From Patescibacteria group bacterium (GTDB lineage Bacteria; Patescibacteriota; Microgenomatia; UBA1400; MFAQ01), in assembly GCA_943355005.1 (NCBI GenBank), contig CALRDV010000001.1, positions 92,632 through 156,631 on the forward strand: a DNA stretch of 64,000 nucleotides. The letters are read 5' to 3'. Below, one piece after another: positions 57,603 through 64,000 of this stretch (position 1 is the first letter of the stretch; each line of letters starts with the position of its first letter). Made by a program: the position numbers and the translations under genes. Under the pieces are notes generated by a model that saw only the letters and a program-made list of their open reading frames with translations, had not been told where the DNA came from and made no database searches.

Positions 57603-58115
57603 TTATATTCCAGTTTCTTTAAGAATTTTTCTTATTGTTGTCTGGAGACTACTTGTCTCTCTGATTATCTTTTCTCCTTCTACTCTCAACAAGTCGTTCT
57701 TTCTATACCAGCTTCGAATTTCCTTCTCACCAAACTCATGTGAGTCGGGTTTAGTCTTGTGCCTGCGCAGTGTTTCCTCAAGCGAGACATCAAAGTAATA
57801 TACAAAATGGTTTGGTGTCATTTTAAGCAAGTTTTTAATCATCGAGCCATATCTCGGAGAATATAAAATTCCCTCAAGGATCACATCATAGCCGTGGAAT
57901 AACGAGAATTTCACAACTTCTTTTATTAGTCGAATGTTGTCTCCACCTGATTTTTCCTTTTCTTTAAGGACTATTCTTCTCAAATAATCTTGTTCCACAA
58001 GTGCAATTTTGTTCTCTTTGTCTGAATTCTCCCGTAACTCTCTCGCTAGAGTGCTTTTCCCTGATCCGGAATTTCCTCTCAAAACAATTAGCTTATTGGC
58101 ATATTTCTTTACCAT
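57603..58115 (-). CDS. P-loop kinase (AAA_33-like)
   Basis: LRGNSGSGKST, QDYLRR, VILEGI, ETLRRH. Confidence 0.85.
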   Translation of the reverse strand: MVKKYANKLIVLRGNSGSGKSTLARELRENSDKENKIALVEQDYLRRIVLKEKEKSGGDNIRLIKEVVKFSLFHGYDVILEGILYSPRYGSMIKNLLKMTPNHFVYYFDVSLEETLRRHKTKPDSHEFGEKEIRSWYRKNDLLRVEGEKIIRETSSLQTTIRKILKETGI

Positions 58116-58145
58116 GACTCAATTTACCACGAGTAACTTTTTCAA

Positions 58146-58283
58146 TGTTGCCGAGCCTGGACTCCTTTCGATAAAGTTCTGCTGAACTTTTCTCAAGACC
58201 TGGCTTCCCAAGATCGTTACGAGCTTGGGTCCGCCCTTCGAGTCCAGTCATAATTAACATTAAAAAACTCCCGCTATGGGAAA
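58146..58283 (-). repeat. tRNA-Gln 3'-end duplication plus structured module A
   Basis: TGTTGCCGAGCCTGGACTC matches 59055-59073 at 17/19; 58199-58250 aligns with 58959-59010. Confidence 0.8.
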
Positions 58284-58326
58284 ATAGCAAGATTTTTATC
58301 ATCAAGGCGAAATTAAAAGTCAAATC

Positions 58327-58914
58327 TTAAAAAGGCTCTTTGTCGCCAATTAAGATACTTTCAATTAGATTACTATCAGTGTTAATTTGAAGCGAAATCG
58401 CGTTCTGGTTATTAGTAGTACCTTTTTGGTTGAAGAACATGATATCGACCAAGCTCTTATCAGTGTTGTTGATAAAACCAAAATAGCGATAATTGTTTTC
58501 TAAAATTAGAAATGATAAAAATTCAAAAAAATCTTTTTCTGAAATATATCGGTATTCACTTGCAGGTTGTCCTATCTTGTAATAACTGTCGACACTCTCG
58601 TCTTCCGTTGGTAATACAATATTGTCACAATTATATACATCAGGATCACAATTGTTATTTGTAAGATGTGACTCGTCATAAGAGAATGATTTTGTATGGC
58701 TAATAATCGCTGTTAGATCATCCGAATTCAGCACTTGATCATCTAGAACAGTTCTTAATTCCTGTGATTTGATGAACTGACTCGCGATGATCCATGAACG
58801 ATTTGTTTTCACTATCGAATACAGGCTAGAAGCAAAGAAACCTACCAAAATTATTGAAAGAACTAAATAAAAATATTTTTTACCACCTTGCTTTTTGTGG
58901 ACATTTGTGGGCAT
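58327..58914 (-). CDS. Hypothetical single-TM protein between the tRNA-derived modules
   Basis: Likely start MPTNVHKK at 58914; N-terminal TM; AT-rich. Confidence 0.65.
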   Translation of the reverse strand: MPTNVHKKQGGKKYFYLVLSIILVGFFASSLYSIVKTNRSWIIASQFIKSQELRTVLDDQVLNSDDLTAIISHTKSFSYDESHLTNNNCDPDVYNCDNIVLPTEDESVDSYYKIGQPASEYRYISEKDFFEFLSFLILENNYRYFGFINNTDKSLVDIMFFNQKGTTNNQNAISLQINTDSNLIESILIGDKEPF

Positions 58915-58937
58915 ATTATTTAGTCTAGCATGGATTT

Positions 58938-59050
58938 TGTTTGCGACTGGGAATAGAACCCAGCTCGTCAAAATCGTTACGAGTTTGGCTCCGTCCTTCG
59001 AGTCCTACTCGATATTAAATAAAAAATCACTCCACAAGGGAGTGATCTTT
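58938..59050 (-). repeat. Structured module B and terminator downstream of tRNA-Gln
   Basis: T-arm-like CTGGG-TTCTATT-CCCAG; hairpin 58967-58989; inverted tRNA 3' copy TTCGAGTCCTACTCG at 58997-59011; terminator ATCACTCC/GGAGTGAT. Confidence 0.75.
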
Positions 59051-59056
59051 CATTTG

Positions 59057-59128
59057 TTGCCGAGCTAGGACTCGAACCTAGAATATTCGCCTCCAGAGGG
59101 CGACGTCCTACCATTAGACGACTCGGCA
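59057..59128 (-). tRNA. tRNA-Gln(CTG), CCA not encoded
   Basis: TGCCGAG/CTCGGCA acceptor stem; TCGCC-CTCTGGA-GGCGA anticodon arm; GTTCGAGTCC T-loop. Confidence 0.95.
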
Positions 59129-59167
59129 AAATTCAACCTACGAGCTATATTTTACCCCATCTTAGGC

Positions 59168-59947
59168 TTATTTATTCCTTTCGTTACGGACAAATATGAG
59201 TGTTCCGGCCACAATCATCACTACTGCCATGCCCAAAACCACCATCAGGTTCGTGCCCATGCTGTTTATGACTACTTTGTCGTATGCCGGGTTCCCTATA
59301 TAGTAGATGCTTCGAACTAGGTCTACAGCGTATGTCATGGGAGAAATTCTGGAAAGCACAAGCAGATAGATTGGAAGCTCTTTGATAGGCGAAAACACAC
59401 CGGAAAGAAAAAACTGGGGGAATATCAAGAAGGGGAATATTTGGTTAGCTTGTTTCTGGTTTGAAAGATTTGCCATCACTAGAACACCGAAGGCGCCACC
59501 AAGAAGTGTAATTAGCGGAACGACGGCTAGAATCCCTAGTAGTTGAGGCCAAGTAAATGGTATTCGGAAAATAAATGCCATCAGTCCAATTCCCAAAAGT
59601 TGCACTGTCGCCACCATAGACTCACCAATTATTTTACCGAGGATTATGATATATCGAGACACCGGAGCGATAAACATACTCTGAGAAAAATCATTTTCCC
59701 GGTCTTCAATTAATGAAATTAACCCCGAGGCGGTAGACTGAAACAAGTTTTGGCCTATGACTCCAAGATAAACAAAAGTCAGGAAGCTATATCCGACGTC
59801 GGCAGACAAATTAGAATTCAAACTGTTCCCCAGCACTCCAACAAATACCAGAGGAAATATCAAGGAAGCCAAAATTCGGCCACGATCTCTTAATAGTTTT
59901 GTCAAATCTCGAACAGCAATTACCAGTAGGGCATTAAACGTTTTCAT
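59168..59947 (-). CDS. ABC-2 type transporter permease
   Basis: RDLTKLLRDR, APVSR...GK, FLSGVF.P, SPMTYAVD. Confidence 0.92.
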   Translation of the reverse strand: MKTFNALLVIAVRDLTKLLRDRGRILASLIFPLVFVGVLGNSLNSNLSADVGYSFLTFVYLGVIGQNLFQSTASGLISLIEDRENDFSQSMFIAPVSRYIIILGKIIGESMVATVQLLGIGLMAFIFRIPFTWPQLLGILAVVPLITLLGGAFGVLVMANLSNQKQANQIFPFLIFPQFFLSGVFSPIKELPIYLLVLSRISPMTYAVDLVRSIYYIGNPAYDKVVINSMGTNLMVVLGMAVVMIVAGTLIFVRNERNK

Positions 59948-60887
59948 TTTTCGGTTCGTTGTTGATTATTTCCAGATAAGCTTCTTCAAGGGTGGGAGTG
60001 TGGAGTTTTATGTTGGTTATCTTAGTTTTCAAGTCGCTGAGTACGCCTTGTACTTGATTATTTTTAAGCCTAATTTTAAAACTCTCATGTTCCTCGAAGC
60101 TTAGCTTCATTTTTTGAAGCTCTTTCCTTAGCGATTCTTTGTCTTGGGTCTCTACTTCCAGATAATCATCGACTAGATCTTTTTTAATCTCATTTGGTGT
60201 TCCCAGTGAGACTACTTTTCCTTCATCGATAATGCAAATTCTGTCAGATCCTTCAGCCTCCTCAAGGTAATGAGTAGTTAAGAATAGTGTTAGTTCACCT
60301 TTTTTTCTAACCTCAGATAAGTACTGCCATAAGTTTTTACGCGAAAGTGGATCAAGTCCTGTTGTGGGCTCATCAAGAAATAAAAGTTTTGGTCTGTGGA
60401 CCAGTCCCTTTACAATTTCCAATTTTCGCTTCATTCCACCAGAAAATGTCTTAATCGGATTGTGAATTTCTTTCCCGATACCTAGTACCTCAGAAAGCTC
60501 TTCTACTTTATCCCGGTATGCTTTCGGCATCATGGAAAAAAGTGGATAGTATGAATAAAGTCCATATAGCACGGCGTGGAATCTCACATTTTCTTCCGCA
60601 GTTAAGTTTTGGTCCAAGCTTTGATTCTGAAATATTACACCAATTTTGCGTCTTACTTGATCAGCATTTTCTTCTATCTCAAGACCATCCACTTTCACAC
60701 TCCCGGCTGTTTTTGAGAGAGTAGTGTTCAAAACCGAAATCGTCGTCGTCTTCCCGGCTCCATTTGGTCCGAGTAAAGTAAAGAATTCTCCTTCTTTTAC
60801 GTCAAAGCTTACTCCGTCCACCGCGTTTTGAGTCGCTTTCTTATATTTTTTTACTAGATTTCTAACTTCAATAATGTTATTTTTCAC
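59934..60887 (-). CDS. ABC transporter ATP-binding protein (DrrA-like)
   Basis: GPNGAGKTT, FSGGM, LDEPTTGLD, TTHYLEEA. Confidence 0.95.
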   Translation of the reverse strand: MKNNIIEVRNLVKKYKKATQNAVDGVSFDVKEGEFFTLLGPNGAGKTTTISVLNTTLSKTAGSVKVDGLEIEENADQVRRKIGVIFQNQSLDQNLTAEENVRFHAVLYGLYSYYPLFSMMPKAYRDKVEELSEVLGIGKEIHNPIKTFSGGMKRKLEIVKGLVHRPKLLFLDEPTTGLDPLSRKNLWQYLSEVRKKGELTLFLTTHYLEEAEGSDRICIIDEGKVVSLGTPNEIKKDLVDDYLEVETQDKESLRKELQKMKLSFEEHESFKIRLKNNQVQGVLSDLKTKITNIKLHTPTLEEAYLEIINNEPKNENV

Positions 60888-60928
60888 TCAAATCATTATA
60901 AGTGATGTGTAGGTTTCATACCATCCGC

Positions 60929-60956
60929 AAAAAAGCCTGCCGTATGGCAGGCTTTG
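60929..60956 (-). terminator. Rho-independent terminator
   Basis: AAAAAAGCCTGCC-GTAT-GGCAGGCTTT. Confidence 0.7.
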
Positions 60957-60958
60957 CT

Positions 60959-61405
60959 CTACTTAATTTCGAAAACAGCTTCCCATCCTTTATCCACTAA
61001 GTCTTTTCGAATTTTAGTCACGGTTTCGATTACATCGACGCCGTAAACTTCCTCCCACATTTCAAGCATCTCGTCCGGTACAAAGTCGGTCGGCAAGACT
61101 ATGTTTCCGCAAGAATACTCGTATATATTGCTGAACTCTACGCATAATAATGCCGTCCAACGAAGTCTTTCGACAGGACTTTTTGGTAGTAGTATGCATC
61201 CACTTACGTATAGGTCATGAAATAATGCCATGAGGGGCATATCTTCCCACCACGGATATCCAGGGTCATTTTCTTCAAGCCACTTGAGTCTCTCAATTAC
61301 TTCATCGCCCAGCTGTTGAATTTCCAGAGCCTCTTCAAGCACAAGTTTATTTTTTTTGTCGGGGAGTATTTGAGTAAAAAAGTCATCTACTATCTCAGTC
61401 TTCAC
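60959..61405 (-). CDS. Hypothetical protein
   Basis: 148-aa ORF with AAGGAGG RBS. Confidence 0.65.
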   Translation of the reverse strand: MKTEIVDDFFTQILPDKKNKLVLEEALEIQQLGDEVIERLKWLEENDPGYPWWEDMPLMALFHDLYVSGCILLPKSPVERLRWTALLCVEFSNIYEYSCGNIVLPTDFVPDEMLEMWEEVYGVDVIETVTKIRKDLVDKGWEAVFEIK

Positions 61406-61438
61406 GCAAGCCTCCTTCTTACATTGATTAAAGTACCT

Positions 61439-61789
61439 TCATATTTTACTAGATGCAATAGCTACAGACGATTCAGCTTTTGAGTCTGCCTTCTTAATTA
61501 TTTCCACCATACCTTCAAATCTCTTTGCTCTGGAAGTACAGAAAAATTCACCGCAAACCTTGGGCCGTCCCTCATGAATGCTGCATTTGTTATCCACGAG
61601 GTAGACACAGCTGCCATCCTCTTTTTTGGCCAGTAGGTTAGCTCCGACTTCTTTAGCCAATTTAAAGTTGGATATTTTTCCATGTTCCTCGAGAATCGTT
61701 TTGTATTTTCCTGACTCGTATTCATTTTTGGTCAGATTTATATAGAACAGACGGCAACACAATCCGCAAGCGTTACAAGAGTTAGCCAT
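61439..61789 (-). CDS. YkgJ family cysteine cluster protein
   Basis: CNACGLCC...CVYL...CSIHEGRPKVC..FFC. Confidence 0.88.
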   Translation of the reverse strand: MANSCNACGLCCRLFYINLTKNEYESGKYKTILEEHGKISNFKLAKEVGANLLAKKEDGSCVYLVDNKCSIHEGRPKVCGEFFCTSRAKRFEGMVEIIKKADSKAESSVAIASSKI

Positions 61790-61798
61790 ATACGTATT

Positions 61799-62602
61799 CT
61801 ACTTTCTAGCCACTATTATCCCGGTAGACCTGAGGCTCTCCAGCTCATCATCGGTAAAAGCAAAGTCGGTCTGCCATTTATTTTTTAAGTAGGGGATTGT
61901 CGATGATCTTTGAAACAGTACTTTCATTCCTAGCAAATTAAAAATCTGGTCGTACTCTTCGAAGCTTACCGGCACATAATTTTCCCTACATTCTCTATCC
62001 CAGTTGTCAGCATACATATATTTAAGCAGGAAGTGGTTCAGTCTCTTTACATTAACCACTTCTTTAAATATTTTTTCAAAATCAAAGAATAATATCTTTA
62101 CATCATTTTTGCCTTTTACTTTTTCAATCATCTCCGTTAACCAAAGTTGGGATTGACTGGCATAGTTGTACAAGATCATATCTCGAATGATAAGTGTCCC
62201 CTTAGCCTTCAATATTTCATGAGCATCGGCCAGCGCCTTGACTACAGTCGAGATTCCTTCACCATATGTATAAAATTCATGTAACACGGAACAAAACAAA
62301 ACCACGTCAAATCTATCCTTACCGGAAAGTCTTTCTCTTAGATATACATTCTCAAAGCTTACATTTTTCAGGCGTTCGCCTTTCTTTTTGGCCAATTCTA
62401 TGAAATCTCTATTCAGGTCTATTCCCACAAATTTTATCTCAGGAAACATCTCCGCCAGTGCTATAGTTATTGTCCCATCCGCACACCCGACGTCAAGTAC
62501 AGTCTTAGCACCCCGGGGGATATACTTGGCAACCTTCAATTTTTCCTGAAGAGGTTTACTCATCCTGCTCAAATATAGATCTTCGTTAGCAATTTCTTCC
62601 AT
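61799..62602 (-). CDS. Class I SAM-dependent methyltransferase
   Basis: VLDVGCADG, GIDL, SVLHE, LIIRD. Confidence 0.9.
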   Translation of the reverse strand: MEEIANEDLYLSRMSKPLQEKLKVAKYIPRGAKTVLDVGCADGTITIALAEMFPEIKFVGIDLNRDFIELAKKKGERLKNVSFENVYLRERLSGKDRFDVVLFCSVLHEFYTYGEGISTVVKALADAHEILKAKGTLIIRDMILYNYASQSQLWLTEMIEKVKGKNDVKILFFDFEKIFKEVVNVKRLNHFLLKYMYADNWDRECRENYVPVSFEEYDQIFNLLGMKVLFQRSSTIPYLKNKWQTDFAFTDDELESLRSTGIIVARK

Positions 62603-62667
62603 GTGGTTATTTTACTCCATAGCCATAAGTGTTGACAATACACTAAGTCTGGTATATAACTTACACC

Positions 62668-63345
62668 ATGATATTACAAAACTTCTTTAGCGTAGACACG
62701 ATCTTCTTCACTATTTTGAACTACCCCATGAGTTATCTTGAATTTTTTGGCACCATATTTACCGGATGGTCGGTTTATCTGGCCGCCAAAAACAAAGTCA
62801 TCACTTGGCCTGTAGGCTTGGTAGGCATCATTCTATACGGCTTTCTTTTCTACCAAATACACTTATATTCAGATCTTCTTGAGCAGTTTTACTACTTTAT
62901 TACTACCTTCTGGGGCTGGTCTCTGTGGCTAAAGCCCAAAAATTCCAGTGACACCGATGCTGACAATCTGGAGTTGAAAATTGGAACCTTAAACAAAAGC
63001 CAAATAATACCATGGGGGATCGCTGTCTTGGTTCTCACGTACATCTTAGGCTTACTCATGTCGAATATTCACCTCTTGCTTCCTGCTTATTTCCCCGTTG
63101 CAGCCTCATTTGCTTATCTCGATAGCTTTACCACGATTCTAAGTTTTGTCGCGACTATTTTCTTAGCTCAGAGAAAGTTCGAAAACTGGCATCTTTGGAT
63201 CATCGTCGACGTTATCGGTATCTGGCTTTATTACCAAAAAGGCGTTGCATTCCTCTCTCTCTTGTATCTCGCCTTCTTAATCAACGCCTTCTATGGTCTG
63301 TCTAAGTGGAAAAAAATATTACACCGCTATGTCCAAGAAATATAA
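62668..63345 (+). CDS. pnuC: Nicotinamide riboside transporter PnuC
   Basis: WPVG, LYSD..EQ, DSFTT..S..A, ENWHLWIIVD. Confidence 0.92.
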   Translation: MILQNFFSVDTIFFTILNYPMSYLEFFGTIFTGWSVYLAAKNKVITWPVGLVGIILYGFLFYQIHLYSDLLEQFYYFITTFWGWSLWLKPKNSSDTDADNLELKIGTLNKSQIIPWGIAVLVLTYILGLLMSNIHLLLPAYFPVAASFAYLDSFTTILSFVATIFLAQRKFENWHLWIIVDVIGIWLYYQKGVAFLSLLYLAFLINAFYGLSKWKKILHRYVQEI

Positions 63346-64000
63346 TCGAGGTTTGGTCATCGGCAAATTTTATCCCTTTCACAACGGTCATAAGCTTCTG
63401 ATAGAGACTGGGTTAAAACATTCCAATTCTCTCACTGTCATCGTTTGTCAGACAGAGCGTTACAAAATCCCGGCTGAGATCAGAGCCGGCTGGATCAAGT
63501 CCACTTTTCCACATGTAGAAGTTAAAATTCTTAATCATTCCGCGAGTCTAGATTCCGACTCACCGGACATCTCAAAAATCTGGGCAGAACTAACTATAAA
63601 ATTCTTAGGCTATTCTCCTGACATTGTCTTCAGCTCGGAACTATACGGAAAGCCATACGCACTTGGCATGGGAAGTAAGCATTTGTTAGTGGATTTGAAA
63701 AGAATAAATATACCCATTAGCGCCACCAAGATTCGCTCGGATATAGATAAATATTGGAAGTATTTACCCGCTTCTACCAAAGAATATTTCACCCAAAAAA
63801 TCGTAATAGTAGGTGCCGAATCCACTGGTACCACTACTCTCTCTCAGGATCTAGCCAGACATTACAATACTGTTTGGATACCTGAATATGGCCGTCTATA
63901 TTACGAAGGTAAGATGTTTTCCAAAGATTTAGATATATGGACTACGGATGAATTTGTCCACATAGCTCATTCTCAAAATCAGTTAGAAGACGCTTTGATA
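63329..64000 (+). CDS. nadR: NadR-like NMN adenylyltransferase / ribosylnicotinamide kinase, 3'-truncated by the window and absent from the ORF track
   Basis: MSKKYNRGLVIGKFYPFHNGH...FSSELYG...ISATKIR...GAESTGTTT...PEYGR; overlaps the pnuC end. Confidence 0.88.
   Translation, partial: MSKKYNRGLVIGKFYPFHNGHKLLIETGLKHSNSLTVIVCQTERYKIPAEIRAGWIKSTFPHVEVKILNHSASLDSDSPDISKIWAELTIKFLGYSPDIVFSSELYGKPYALGMGSKHLLVDLKRINIPISATKIRSDIDKYWKYLPASTKEYFTQKIVIVGAESTGTTTLSQDLARHYNTVWIPEYGRLYYEGKMFSKDLDIWTTDEFVHIAHSQNQLEDALI

Noticed and set aside
58093-58323. 76-aa ORF
   Set aside because: Runs through the non-coding tRNA-derived module A.

Overview
A 64-kb gene-dense bacterial chromosomal segment using genetic code 11. 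Gene content suggests a Patescibacteria/CPR, Microgenomates-like genome (inference). It carries housekeeping genes (recA-recX-rny-HU-miaB-miaA, rnpB, secDF, cca, rel, dacA, gltX, split transketolase, nadE, pnuC-nadR, tRNA-Pro and tRNA-Gln) interspersed with small accessory genes. I saw no CRISPR array, transposase or integrase. The main unexplained structure is a family of about 25 short GTCAT/CGTC-tagged palindromes (REP/RPE-like). Every copy I found has the same orientation. Several sit in frame inside proteins (MiaA twice, GltX, CCA enzyme, NadE, a MEMO-CapA fusion twice) and one supplies the SecD stop codon. Several carry other mini-hairpins nested inside them, and one cluster is fused to a stand-alone GIY-YIG nuclease gene, a candidate mobilizer. 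Three other oddities: (1) a thioester-less alpha-2-macroglobulin with a Hint (intein-like) domain in its bait region; (2) three att-like direct repeats bounding single-gene cassettes at 28.7-29.6 kb; (3) a tRNA-Gln-derived, attC-like duplicated module bracketing one gene at 58.1-59.1 kb. All calls come from reading the sequence by eye; no searches were run.
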